Shown: positions 29,991-41,974 of the stretch, in pieces
Numbering within the stretch: the first letter of the stretch is position 1
Layout: every line of letters starts with the position of its first letter
DNA from: Candidatus Latescibacterota bacterium
GTDB taxonomy: Bacteria > Latescibacterota > UBA2968 > UBA8231
Direction of reading: 5' to 3'
Assembly: GCA_965223905.1 (NCBI GenBank)
Contig: CBDCXV010000001.1
Location: 320,001 to 384,000 of the forward strand
Length of the DNA stretch: 64,000 nucleotides
Made by a program: the position numbers and the translations under genes
Notes under the pieces: generated by a model
What the model was told of the DNA's origin: nothing
The model's input: the letters and a program-made list of their open reading frames with translations, nothing else
The model's database searches: none

Positions 29991-31103
29991 GTGCATATTC
30001 GCGAGCTGACGCTTCAGCCGTTTCGCAATCTCAAGAATACGCGATTGCAGTTGGCACCGGAAGGCGTTCTGATCGTTGCACCCAACGGCAAAGGCAAGAG
30101 CAATGTTCTGGAGGCGATCTCCTTTTTGTCGATCGGGAAATCGGTGCGTGGGGTTCGCGACCGAGAGGCAGTACCGCATGGCGGCAAGCAGTTCGACATC
30201 CGTGCCGTATGGCATGACGGGAGAAGGGAGCGGGAGGTACGGTTGTGCTATTTTCACGACTTGGGCAAACGTGTTTTTCTGGATGGTGCCCCGCTCGATC
30301 GCGTATCCGATCTGGTGTCGCTCTTTCAAACCGTTCATTTCTGTCCCGAAGATGTAACGCTGGTCCTCCGCTTTGCCGCTCAGCGCAGGCGCCTGCTCGA
30401 CATTGTCATTTCGCAGTCCGACCCGGCGTATCTGCATGATTTGCAGAGGTTTCACCGCGCTCTATCCCAGCGGAACCGATGTCTCAAGCGTTGGCTGCCG
30501 GCGGTCGAATCTCGACGCGAACTGGAACCTTGGGATGTCCAGATCGTCCGGTTCGGAGGATCGCTCAGACGACAGCGCCTCGGGGTTTTGCTTGAGTTCC
30601 AGCCTCTGTTGACAAACTACTACGCCCGGTTTTCGACCGGACGCGAGGCATTGAACGTAGCATACAGCGGCACCACGGACATTGCTCTCGATTCTGACGG
30701 TCTGCCGACGGAAGAAGAGCTGTGCGTGGAGCTTCAGGGGGAACTCGAACAGGCACGAGAACGGGAGCGCCAATCCGGTCACACTCTGTGTGGTCCCCAT
30801 CGTGACGTGATCTCGTTCGAACTGAATGGTGAACCTGCGGAAACATTTGCTTCTCAGGGACAGCGAAAGAGCCTGCTGATTGCCTGGAAGATGGCTGAGT
30901 TGCGCTTCCTGGAAGCACGAAACGGACAAAAACCGGTGTTGCTTCTTGACGATATGTTTTCCGAACTCGACGGGGAACGAACAAGGGAATTATTGAATCT
31001 CGTGACTGATTTCGATCAGGTTGTTATTACAGCTCCCAAATCCCCGCAGGAAGAGCTGCCGGCCAGTTTCACCGAGATACCCCTGACAGATGATCCCGTT
31101 TGA
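29991..31103 (+). CDS. recF: DNA replication/repair protein RecF
   Basis: 'FRN', 'NGKGKSN', 'GPHRD', 'SQGQ', 'LLLDDMFSELD'. Confidence 0.96.
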   Translation: MHIRELTLQPFRNLKNTRLQLAPEGVLIVAPNGKGKSNVLEAISFLSIGKSVRGVRDREAVPHGGKQFDIRAVWHDGRREREVRLCYFHDLGKRVFLDGAPLDRVSDLVSLFQTVHFCPEDVTLVLRFAAQRRRLLDIVISQSDPAYLHDLQRFHRALSQRNRCLKRWLPAVESRRELEPWDVQIVRFGGSLRRQRLGVLLEFQPLLTNYYARFSTGREALNVAYSGTTDIALDSDGLPTEEELCVELQGELEQARERERQSGHTLCGPHRDVISFELNGEPAETFASQGQRKSLLIAWKMAELRFLEARNGQKPVLLLDDMFSELDGERTRELLNLVTDFDQVVITAPKSPQEELPASFTEIPLTDDPV

Positions 31104-31443
31104 GCCAAGGGATCGCGGCGACGCCGGAAACGGTGTTTACCCTGAAGCGATTGGCAAATTGCTCGGGACCGCCCTGGCAGAACTGGGTATTGAGGAGAAA
31201 TTGATGGAGTGTCAGGCCATACTGGCCTGGGAAAAGGTGGCCAAATCACCTTTGGACCACCACGCGAAGCCCCTGCGAATGCGCCGTGGACGGCTGGAGC
31301 TGGCGGTGCCTTCCCCAATCTGGCGCACCCAGTTGTCCTTTCTGAAAGAGGACATGAAAAGGCAGATCAACATCTGGGTCGGCTCTAATGTCGTGCGTGA
31401 GATCGTCCTCATCAACAGCCCCATTCCACTGATCAATAACTGA
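31090..31443 (+). CDS. DUF721/DciA family protein
   Basis: Between recF and gyrB; 'AW..VA', 'GRLELAVPSPIWRTQLSF'. Confidence 0.85.
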   Translation: MIPFEPRDRGDAGNGVYPEAIGKLLGTALAELGIEEKLMECQAILAWEKVAKSPLDHHAKPLRMRRGRLELAVPSPIWRTQLSFLKEDMKRQINIWVGSNVVREIVLINSPIPLINN

Positions 31444-33384
<1,941 letters not shown>

Positions 33385-33416
33385 CAGCACACCCGAAAAA
33401 AGGCACGAACACGTAG

Positions 33417-35942
33417 ATGCTTGAGCATCGAGAGTCGCGAATCATACCGGTCAAGGTCGAGGACGAGATAAAGACCTCGTACCTCGACTATTCCATGAGC
33501 GTCAACATGGCGCGGGCATTGCCGGACGTACGCGATGGTCTCAAACCCTCCCAACGGCGCATCCTGGTGGCGATGAACGACCTCAACCTCCTGCCGGGAC
33601 GCGGGTTCCGGAAGTGCGCCAAGATTTCCGGCGACACCTCCGGCAACTACCATCCCCATGGAGACGAGGGAGTGTATGCCACCCTCGTGCACATGGCGCA
33701 GGAATTCCGCCTGCGTTACCCGCTCGTCGACGGCCAGGGAAACTTCGGCTCCATCGACGGCTACCCTCCCGCGGCCATGCGCTACACGGAGGCTCGCCTG
33801 ACCCCGGTCGCAGTCGAAATGCTGGCCGACATCGATCGGGACACCGTCGACTTTGTCGACAACTACGACGAGACCCGCCAAGAGCCTGCGGTGCTGCCGG
33901 CGAAATTCCCAAACCTTTTGTGCAACGGGTCGGTTGGCATCGGGGTCGGCATGGCGACGAGGATACCACCTCACAACATCAAGGAGGTCGCCGATGCGCT
34001 GAAGGCGCTGATCGACGACCCCGAGGTCGGCCTTTCCGAATTAATGGAGAAGATCAAGGCACCCGATTTCCCCACTGGGGGGGTCATCCAGGGGATGCAC
34101 GGGGTGCAAATGGCGTACCGCAGCGGTCGCGGCTCGATACAGCTGCGCGCACGCACCCATATCGAGACGCGGAGGGACGGACGCGAGAACATCATCGTCA
34201 CCGAGATTCCGTTTCTGATCGACAAGTCGACGCTGCTGGAGAAGATGGCGGACCTGGTGCGCAACAAAACGGTCGAAGACATCGCAAACATCCGCGACGA
34301 GTCGGGCCGCGGCGGCATGCGCATCGTCGTCGAGCTGAAGCGGTCGGCGCAGTCGGAAGTCGTTCTCAACCAGCTGTTCTCCCACAGCATGCTGCAGACC
34401 ACCTTCGGCGTGATGATGCTGGCAGTCATCAACGGCCGGCCGGAGATCCTCAATCTCAAGCAGATGCTGGAGCACTACGTCGCGCATCGCCACGACGTGG
34501 TTCTGCGCCGCACCCGCTTCGACCTGGCCAAAGCCGAGGCGCGCGCCCATATCCTCGAAGGCCTGCGTATCGCTCTCGACAACATAGACGCCGTAATCGA
34601 GCTGATCAGAGACTCGGCCAATCCGGACGAGGCGCGGCAGCGACTGACGGCCCGGTTCGAATTGAGCGAGGTCCAGGCACAGGCGATCCTGACGATGCCG
34701 CTGCAGCGGCTGACCGGCCTCGAGCGGGACAAGATCGAAGAGGAATACCAGAATCTGCAGGAGACGATTCGCCAGCTGAAGCACATCCTCGAGAACCGCG
34801 ACGCGCAGATGCAGATTCTCAAGGACGAACTGGCCGACATTCGCGAACGCTTCGGCGACGAGCGCCGAACCGAGATCGTCTACTCAGCCGAAGAGTTCGA
34901 CATCGAAGATCTGATCGCCGAAGAGGACATGGTGGTCACCATTTCCAAGGCAGGTTACGTAAAGCGCATGTCTCCGAACGCCTACCGGGTACAGCAGCGC
35001 GGCGGCCGCGGTGTGACGGGAATGAAGACGCGGGAGGAGGATTTCGTCGAGCATCTGTTCATCGCCTCGACGCACTCGTACATCCTTTTCCTCACCGCAC
35101 GAGGCCAGTGCAGGTGGCTCAAGGTGTACCGTATTCCAGAAGGGGATCGGGCGGCTCGCGGGCGACCTGTGGTCAACCTTCTCGATCTGCAGCCGGACGA
35201 TGTCATATCGGCGGTGGTCCCGGTCGGGGTATTTGCCGAGGACCGCTTCCTGTTTACCGCCACCCGCCAGGGAATCGTCAAGAAGACGGTTCTGTCCGCC
35301 TACGGAAACGTTCGCCGCGACGGCATCATCGCCCTCAAGGTTCAGGAGGACGACGATCTGATCGATGCCTCGATCACCGACGGCAGCGACGACGTAATGC
35401 TGGTGACGCGCAGTGGTCAGGCGGTGCGGTTCACGGAGAGGGACGTGCGCCCCATGGGGCGCGTGTCAACGGGCGTAAAGGGTATCGAATTGCGTGGCGG
35501 TGACGAAGTGGTCGACATGGTCGTCCTGCGCGGACAGGGCAGCATACTGACAATCTGCGAGCACGGCTACGGCAAGCGAACCGAGCCACAGGAGTATTCC
35601 CGGATTCGCCGAGGTGGAATGGGCGTCATCGATATCAAAACGACCGCCCGCAACGGATCGGTGGTGGCGTGCAGGGAGGTAACCGAGAGCGACGAGGTGA
35701 TGATCGTCACTCAGAATGGGATCATGATTCGCGTTCCTGTCGCGGGCATCCGCAAGATCGGCCGCAATACCCAGGGAGTCCGGGTCATCAACTTGGACAA
35801 GGGGGACCGGGTCATCGACATGACTCGAGTAGCACAGAGCCGCGAAATTAACGGAGACGCACCCTCCATAAGGGGAAACGGCGGTCCGACGCCGGATGCA
35901 GGCAACGGAAGCGAACCTCCGCCAGGACCCGCCGGCGGCTGA
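33417..35942 (+). CDS. gyrA: DNA gyrase subunit A
   Basis: 'RALPDVRDGLKP', 'YHPHG', catalytic 'AAMRYTE', GyrA-box 'QQRGGRG', C-terminal pinwheel repeats. Confidence 0.98.
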   Translation: MLEHRESRIIPVKVEDEIKTSYLDYSMSVNMARALPDVRDGLKPSQRRILVAMNDLNLLPGRGFRKCAKISGDTSGNYHPHGDEGVYATLVHMAQEFRLRYPLVDGQGNFGSIDGYPPAAMRYTEARLTPVAVEMLADIDRDTVDFVDNYDETRQEPAVLPAKFPNLLCNGSVGIGVGMATRIPPHNIKEVADALKALIDDPEVGLSELMEKIKAPDFPTGGVIQGMHGVQMAYRSGRGSIQLRARTHIETRRDGRENIIVTEIPFLIDKSTLLEKMADLVRNKTVEDIANIRDESGRGGMRIVVELKRSAQSEVVLNQLFSHSMLQTTFGVMMLAVINGRPEILNLKQMLEHYVAHRHDVVLRRTRFDLAKAEARAHILEGLRIALDNIDAVIELIRDSANPDEARQRLTARFELSEVQAQAILTMPLQRLTGLERDKIEEEYQNLQETIRQLKHILENRDAQMQILKDELADIRERFGDERRTEIVYSAEEFDIEDLIAEEDMVVTISKAGYVKRMSPNAYRVQQRGGRGVTGMKTREEDFVEHLFIASTHSYILFLTARGQCRWLKVYRIPEGDRAARGRPVVNLLDLQPDDVISAVVPVGVFAEDRFLFTATRQGIVKKTVLSAYGNVRRDGIIALKVQEDDDLIDASITDGSDDVMLVTRSGQAVRFTERDVRPMGRVSTGVKGIELRGGDEVVDMVVLRGQGSILTICEHGYGKRTEPQEYSRIRRGGMGVIDIKTTARNGSVVACREVTESDEVMIVTQNGIMIRVPVAGIRKIGRNTQGVRVINLDKGDRVIDMTRVAQSREINGDAPSIRGNGGPTPDAGNGSEPPPGPAGG

Positions 35943-36055
35943 GAGAATCGCCGTATGCTCCTGTATTTCAACCGCTTAGTCGATACTTAGCGAGTTGACG
36001 ATCAGCCGCGATCGGTTATATTCCGACACTTACCGCCGGCCAGGAATCCAGTATC

Positions 36056-36142
36056 GGAGGGCTAGACCTAATTGGTAAGGCAGCGGTCTTGAAAACCGCC
36101 GGGTTCACACCCTTGTGGGTTCGAGTCCCACGCCCTCCGCCA
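36056..36142 (+). tRNA. tRNA-Ser (anticodon TGA)
   Basis: Acceptor GGAGGGC/GCCCTCC-G-CCA; anticodon arm GCGGT-CT-TGA-AA-ACCGC; long variable arm; T-loop TTCGAGT. Confidence 0.95.
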
Positions 36143-36174
36143 AGCGAACGCGTCCCGCCTGTGCGGGATAATAC

Positions 36175-36266
<92 letters not shown>

Positions 36267-36272
36267 GTTTTT

Positions 36273-36346
36273 TGCCCCCTCGTTCAATGGTAGGACACAT
36301 GACTCTGGATCATGTTATCGGGGTTCGAATCCCTGGGGGGCAGCCA
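36273..36346 (+). tRNA. tRNA-Gln (anticodon CTG)
   Basis: TGCCCCC/GGGGGCA-G-CCA; CATGA-CT-CTG-GA-TCATG. Confidence 0.95.
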
Positions 36347-36374
36347 ACATGAGCCGCCTTCTAAGCGGACCGTC

Positions 36375-36411
36375 GAAAACCCCTGAAGCGTAGCTTCGGG
36401 GGTTTTCTTTT
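36375..36411 (+). terminator. Intrinsic terminator after tRNA cluster
   Basis: GAAAACCCCTGAAGC-GTA-GCTTCGGGGGTTTTC followed by T run. Confidence 0.8.
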
Positions 36412-36431
36412 CAGAAAGGAGGGGTGACCAA

Positions 36432-36968
36432 TTGCTAAAAAACCCGGGCACCAGGCGGGCGAAAAACTCAATAAATCTCGCACCATGGGTGCTATCCACC
36501 CTGGTGTGGGGGCTGGTGCATGCAGTCGGTTCCGAGACCTATGCGGCACCATCACATACGATCCCGCGTCACCCCAGACCACCGCCTTTTCGGGGATTTA
36601 TCCAAGCCAATAGCATCGACACCGGAAATGAGCGCCGCGACAACCACCTGAGAAGCGCGGACTTCTTCGACGTCGCCAAATACCCGCGCATCGAATTTGC
36701 CAGCACGTCGGTGCAGAAAGGGGTTGAAGATCGCCTTGAGGTAACCGGGACACTCTCCCTCCACGGTGTGACGAAGCCGGTGACCTTTCCGGTAGAGGTG
36801 CTCGGTGTAGGGGTTCATCCGATGAACGGAAAGGCGGTCGCCGGGTTCGCCGCAGAGTTGACGGTGAAGTGTTCCGAATACGGCGTCGACAACTGGACCG
36901 ATGCTGCCGGCGTTCTCGGAGACGAGGTGAAGATCACTGTACTGATAGAGGCACTCGGCGGGGAGTAG
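36432..36968 (+). pseudogene. YceI-family protein with internal deletion and frameshifts
   Basis: C-terminal part is canonical ('SIDTGNERRDNHLRSADFFDVAKYP', 'GTLSLHGVTKPV'). The N-terminal 'IDxxHS...GRF' block is missing and 'GTITYDPASPQTTAF' is out of frame (about 36545-36595). Confidence 0.7.
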
Positions 36969-36998
36969 CGCAGATCGGAAGCGCCCTGCCCGCTGCTC

Positions 36999-38123
36999 AT
37001 GAAGACCACTGAGTCGCACCTGGCATGGGCCCTGCTGGCACCAGCACTCACCGTTCTGGGGGTCTTCGGCGTATTCCCGATCGGCTACGCCCTCTTCGTC
37101 AGCCTGCACCGTTGGCGCCTGAAGAAGGGGGATTTCGTCGCCTTCGATCACTACCGACGTGCCCTGGGAGAAATTGAATTCGTCGGGCTGATCCTCCTGG
37201 CTGTGGCAGCGTGGCTGCTGTCGGTATGGGTCGCCAGGCGGCGCCGGTCACACCGACAGCACAGATTGCTCCAGGCCACTGGAGCCGGGCTCGGTGTCAC
37301 GGCGGCACTCGCCGCGGTTGCAGGAGTCGCCGGCATGGGGAGCACGGGCGACCCCAGGCTCTTCAATGCCTTTCTGGTAACCGCATTCTACGCCTTCGGG
37401 ACGATCCCGATCGAGGTAGGCGTCTCGACGCTTCTGGCCTACATGCTTTTCAGGGCCACCCAGGGCAGAGGCTTTTTCCGCGTTCTCTACTTCCTGCCCT
37501 ACGTCACCCCGATGATCGCCACGGCCGTCCTGTTCCGCACCCTTTTCAGTCCGCATCCCTCCTCGCTCGCCAACCGCATCTGGGGGTTTCTTGGCTTCGA
37601 ACACCAGCGCTGGCTGTTCGAGAGCCGATCCATCGCGGCGCTGGTCTGCGAGGGGTTCGAGCTCTCCTGTCCGGATTGGGCAAATGTGTTTTTCCCCAGT
37701 CTGGCACTCGTCTCCGTAGTGCTCTACAACATCTGGGTTTATATCGGCTACGACACGGTGATCCTGCTGGCCGGACTGAGTGCCATTCCCCGCCATTACT
37801 ACGAAGCGGCGGCCATAGACGGCGCAAATGCCTTGCAGTCCTTTCGCCATGTAACCGTTCCGCTGATTTCACCCACCCTGTTTTTCATTACGCTGGTCGG
37901 CTTTATCGGCACCTTCAAGGCCTTCAATCACATCTACATCCTGCGCACCGCCGGCGCCCGCGATACCGTCGACGTGGTCAGCATCCTGATTTTCGACCGC
38001 CTCTACAACTACCAGGACGCCGGCTACGCCTCCTGCCTGTCGCTGATTCTGTTCGCGGCGATTCTCGCCTTGACGCTTGCCCAGAACCGGTTGCTGGGAC
38101 GGCGAGTGTTCTACGGGGAGTGA
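36999..38123 (+). CDS. Carbohydrate ABC transporter permease 1
   Basis: 'YFLPYVTP', EAA loop 'YYEAAAIDGAN..QSFRHVTVPL'. Confidence 0.92.
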   Translation: MKTTESHLAWALLAPALTVLGVFGVFPIGYALFVSLHRWRLKKGDFVAFDHYRRALGEIEFVGLILLAVAAWLLSVWVARRRRSHRQHRLLQATGAGLGVTAALAAVAGVAGMGSTGDPRLFNAFLVTAFYAFGTIPIEVGVSTLLAYMLFRATQGRGFFRVLYFLPYVTPMIATAVLFRTLFSPHPSSLANRIWGFLGFEHQRWLFESRSIAALVCEGFELSCPDWANVFFPSLALVSVVLYNIWVYIGYDTVILLAGLSAIPRHYYEAAAIDGANALQSFRHVTVPLISPTLFFITLVGFIGTFKAFNHIYILRTAGARDTVDVVSILIFDRLYNYQDAGYASCLSLILFAAILALTLAQNRLLGRRVFYGE

Positions 38124-38126
38124 GCC

Positions 38127-38975
38127 ATGGAGCGGGCAAGGTACCTGCCACGGTTGGTTCCCTGGCTGACGTATTCCGGGCTGGCCCTCGGCGCGGTGAT
38201 TGCAGGGCTCCCGTTTGCGTGGATGCTGCTGGCCTCCTTCATGACCCGGGGCGAAACCCTGAGGAGAGTGTTCGCCCCCGCGGACCTGCAATGGAGCAAC
38301 TACATCAGGGCATGGAGGGAGGAGGACTTCGCTCTATATTTCGAGAATTCACTTCTGATCGCGGCGCTGCAGGTCAGCGGAACCCTGTTGTTCTCCCTGC
38401 TGGCGGCGTACGCCCTGGCGCGCTTGCGGTTCAAGGGGCGCGAGGTTGTCTTCTACGGCATACTCGCAACCCTGATGGTTCCCGAAACGGTCACCATGGT
38501 TCCAAACTTCCTCACCGTGTCGTGGCTTCACCAGCACAGCCCATTTGACTGGATCAACAACTGGCCGGCCCTCACGATTCCATTCATGGGCAGCGCCTTC
38601 AGCATTTTCCTTCTGCGCCAGTTCATGCGCGGCATACCGAGCGAGCTCTGGGACGCGGCACGCATCGACGGCGCCGGACATATGCGGTTTCTGTTCCAGG
38701 TCGCGGCGCCCCTGTGCCGGGCGCCCCTGCTGACCGTCGGCATGTTTACCCTGATCGGATCCTGGAACGCCCTGGGATGGCCGCTGCTGGTCACTAATTC
38801 GCCCGAGTGGCGGCCGATTTCGGTAGCCCTGCAGAAATTCGTCAGCGAAGCCGGACCCGAGGTGCATCTGCAGATGGCGGGAGCCGTAATCGCCACCGTA
38901 CCGGTCCTGTTGATCTACGCCCTTGTTCAACGGGAGTTCACCTCGGGGATATCGATGTCGGGACTGAAAGGATGA
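38127..38975 (+). CDS. Carbohydrate ABC transporter permease 2
   Basis: 'WSNY..AW', 'AAYALARLRFKGR', 'ELWDAARIDGA'. Confidence 0.92.
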   Translation: MERARYLPRLVPWLTYSGLALGAVIAGLPFAWMLLASFMTRGETLRRVFAPADLQWSNYIRAWREEDFALYFENSLLIAALQVSGTLLFSLLAAYALARLRFKGREVVFYGILATLMVPETVTMVPNFLTVSWLHQHSPFDWINNWPALTIPFMGSAFSIFLLRQFMRGIPSELWDAARIDGAGHMRFLFQVAAPLCRAPLLTVGMFTLIGSWNALGWPLLVTNSPEWRPISVALQKFVSEAGPEVHLQMAGAVIATVPVLLIYALVQREFTSGISMSGLKG

Positions 38976-40315
38976 GGCGAACGGGAACTGGTCCGGTGCT
39001 GCTGCTCGTAGCGGCAATCGCACTATGCTGCGGGGACCACCGGGAAGACGGCGCCAGACAGGTAGCGGGCACTCCTTCCCCGGAAGCGGTCGACCCATCC
39101 GAGACAGAGGTCGTCTTCTGGTACCAGCACACCCAGATGCGAGAAGAGGCCCTGCTGGAGCTGACCGAAGACTTCAATCGCACCAATTCTCACGGAATCC
39201 GCGTGCGTGGGGAATTCGCTGGGCGGTACAGCGACATCTACAACAAGATGATGGTCGGCCTGCAGGGAGGAGAGCTGCCCGAGCTGGTAGTCGCCTACCA
39301 GAACCAGGCCGTTGTCTACAACATGGGGGAAGGCCTGGTTGATCTGACCCCGTACATGGATTCGCCGAAATGGGGATTGAGCGCATCTGAGCGGGAGGAC
39401 TACGTGCAGGCCTTTCTCGCCCAGGATTTCATCGACGGCAAGCAGATCTGCTTTCCGCCCAACCGTTCCTTGGAAATCCTCTACTACAACGCCGACTGGC
39501 TGCGCGAGCTCGGTGCGGAGGGCCCCCCGGCGACCTGGGAAGAGTTTACCCGCCTCTGCAGGCTGGCAAAGTCCCGGCCGTTTCGCGCGGCGCAGCCGGT
39601 CAGTCGCAGCAAGGGATACCTGTTCGAGGCCGAAGCGAGCCGCATGGCCACCCTGGTCTTCACGCGCGGCGGCGACTTCATGGACGCGGCGCGAACCGCA
39701 TATACACTCGATACGCCGGAGATGCGGCAGGCCCTCGCTATGATGCAGGGCATGATCCGGGAAGGGGCGGCAGATCTGCTCAGCGAGCGCTACGAAGACC
39801 AGACCGAGTTCGCGCTCGGCCAGGTCCTGTTCATGATTCGCTCCTCCTCCGGCCTGCCGTTCGTGGCCAGCGCCCTGGCCGACGCCCCGACCCGGTTCGC
39901 ATGGGATGTGGCACTGCCGCCTCGAGACGGGGAGGACCCCGTGCTCAATGCCTACGGTGCCAGCGTGTCGGTGTGTCGCTCGACGCCGGAGAAGCAACTG
40001 GCCTCCTGGCTGTTTCTCAAGTGGTTCACCGCCCCGGAGCAGCAGGCGCGCTGGGTCAAGGCGAGCAACTACTTCCCGGTGCGCCGCAGCACGGCGGCGC
40101 AACTCACCGGCTACTTCGAGGAGAATCCACGCTACGGCAAGGCCTACGGTTTTCTCGATTTCGGCAAGGCGGAGCCGTCCGTGCCGGGGTATGAGGCGGT
40201 GCGCCGCAAGATCGCAGAGGCGATGGTCGAGGTCGCGCAGGGAGGGGAGATCTCCCCGGTGCTGCAACGGCTCGAAGAAGAGGCCAACCACGTTCTCGAC
40301 GAGTTCGAAATGTGA
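38972..40315 (+). CDS. ABC transporter substrate-binding lipoprotein (UgpB/sugar-like)
   Basis: Lipobox-like 'IALCCG', 'LYYNADWL', 'PPATWEEF', 'ASWLFLKWF', 'SNYFPVRRS'. Confidence 0.88.
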   Translation: MRRTGTGPVLLLVAAIALCCGDHREDGARQVAGTPSPEAVDPSETEVVFWYQHTQMREEALLELTEDFNRTNSHGIRVRGEFAGRYSDIYNKMMVGLQGGELPELVVAYQNQAVVYNMGEGLVDLTPYMDSPKWGLSASEREDYVQAFLAQDFIDGKQICFPPNRSLEILYYNADWLRELGAEGPPATWEEFTRLCRLAKSRPFRAAQPVSRSKGYLFEAEASRMATLVFTRGGDFMDAARTAYTLDTPEMRQALAMMQGMIREGAADLLSERYEDQTEFALGQVLFMIRSSSGLPFVASALADAPTRFAWDVALPPRDGEDPVLNAYGASVSVCRSTPEKQLASWLFLKWFTAPEQQARWVKASNYFPVRRSTAAQLTGYFEENPRYGKAYGFLDFGKAEPSVPGYEAVRRKIAEAMVEVAQGGEISPVLQRLEEEANHVLDEFEM

Positions 40316-40425
40316 TAGATCCGCTTCGGCGGCCGGGCCGCTGATGTGCGGATCGATTTACGGACCGGTTGCCTGCCGTTGCGGCAGGGTCTGAGTCGAC
40401 AACGGAAACAGCAGAGAGGAGAAAG

Positions 40426-41817
40426 ATGGACGTACGCATTGAATCGGACAGCATGGGCGACGTGGAAGTCGCTGCCGACCGTTACTACGGCGCCCAGACG
40501 CAGCGGTCGTTGCAGAATTTCGCTATCGGCCAGGAGCGGTTTACGCGGGAAATGATCAAGGCGTTGGGCATCGTCAAAAAGGCGTCTGCCCTGGTAAACC
40601 ATGAGCTTGGGACCTTGGAAAAGGGTCTCGCGGACCTGATCGCCATGGCCGCAGACGAGGTTATCGCCGGAGACTGGGACGATCACTTTCCCCTGGTCGT
40701 ATGGCAGACAGGCAGCGGCACGCAGTCGAACATGAACGCCAACGAGGTAATTTCGAATCGCGCCATCGAGATGGCCGGCGGCAAGCTGGGGTCGAAAGAG
40801 CCGGTACACCCAAACGACCATGTCAACAGTAGCCAGTCGTCCAACGACGTGTTTCCCACGGCAATGCACATCGCCGCGGTGGACGCGATCGCCAACAGCC
40901 TCATTCCCTCCTTGCAGCAGCTGGTGGCGACATTCGACGAAAAAGCGAGGCGCTTCGACGACGTGATTAAGATCGGCCGCACCCACCTGCAGGATGCCAC
41001 ACCCCTGACTCTGGGCCAGGAGCTTTCCGGTCATGCCGCGCAACTGCACGAGGGCATCCGTCGCGCCCGGGCGGCCCTGCAACCGCTGTACAAACTGGCG
41101 CTGGGAGGCACAGCGGTAGGCACCGGCCTCAACTCGAAGAAGGGGTTCGATGAAAAGGTAGCGGCCGCCATTGCCCGGGAGACCGGGCAGCCCTTTGTGA
41201 CGGCCCCGAACAAGTACGAGGCCCTGGCCGCTCACGATGCGCTGGTCGAGGCTTCCGGCATGTTGAAGACGATCGCCGCATCGCTGATGAAGATCGCTAA
41301 CGACGTGCGCTGGATGGCCTCTGGACCGCGGAGCGGCCTCGGTGAGATTTTCATTCCCGAGAACGAACCGGGTTCTTCGATCATGCCGGGGAAAGTCAAC
41401 CCGACTCAGTGCGAGGCGCTGACGATGGTGTGTGCCCAGGTCATGGGAAATGACGCGGCCGTCGGCTTCTCGGGTGCCTCGGGCAACTTCGAGCTCAACG
41501 TCTTCAAACCGGTCATCATCCACAACGTGCTGACGTCGACCCGGCTGCTGGCCGACGCGGCGCGCAGTTTCGACATCCACTGCGCCGTAGGCATTGAGCC
41601 CAACCGCGAGCGCATCGAAGCATTGATGCAGCAGTCGCTCATGCTGGTCACGGCCCTGAACCCCCACATCGGGTACGACAATGCCGCCAAGGTGGCAAAG
41701 ACCGCGTACAGCGAAGGTAAAACCCTGAGGGAGGCGGCCGTGGAGATGGGGCTGCTCACCCCGGAACAGTTCGATGAATGGGTGCGGCCCGAAAAGATGG
41801 TTTCGCCGTCGTCGTAA
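40426..41817 (+). CDS. fumC: Class II fumarate hydratase
   Basis: 'RIESDSMG', '[12 protein letters not shown]', '[10 protein letters not shown]', signature '[15 protein letters not shown]'. Confidence 0.97.
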   Translation: MDVRIESDSMGDVEVAADRYYGAQTQRSLQNFAIGQERFTREMIKALGIVKKASALVNHELGTLEKGLADLIAMAADEVIAGDWDDHFPLVVWQTGSGTQSNMNANEVISNRAIEMAGGKLGSKEPVHPNDHVNSSQSSNDVFPTAMHIAAVDAIANSLIPSLQQLVATFDEKARRFDDVIKIGRTHLQDATPLTLGQELSGHAAQLHEGIRRARAALQPLYKLALGGTAVGTGLNSKKGFDEKVAAAIARETGQPFVTAPNKYEALAAHDALVEASGMLKTIAASLMKIANDVRWMASGPRSGLGEIFIPENEPGSSIMPGKVNPTQCEALTMVCAQVMGNDAAVGFSGASGNFELNVFKPVIIHNVLTSTRLLADAARSFDIHCAVGIEPNRERIEALMQQSLMLVTALNPHIGYDNAAKVAKTAYSEGKTLREAAVEMGLLTPEQFDEWVRPEKMVSPSS

Positions 41818-41974
41818 GGCATTTCGCGCCTGTTCGCCGGATGCCCTCTATTCCTTCAGGAGACCGGGGCAGTGTCCGTCCCCGGCTCCGTTTGCCCACA
41901 ATCGCGTTTTCCGGGATCGGTCACAGCCGTAAGTTCGGTTTCCTCAGCGAGGCAATAAGGGAAATCGGGTGCGC

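Noticed and set aside
36056-36142. Possible selenocysteine or suppressor tRNA
   Set aside because: Anticodon TGA reads UCA (Ser). tRNA-Sec needs TCA and a longer acceptor stem.
36273-36346. tRNA-Gln as attachment site of an integrated island
   Set aside because: No integrase follows and I saw no duplicated tRNA 3' end in the window; downstream genes include fumC and purM.
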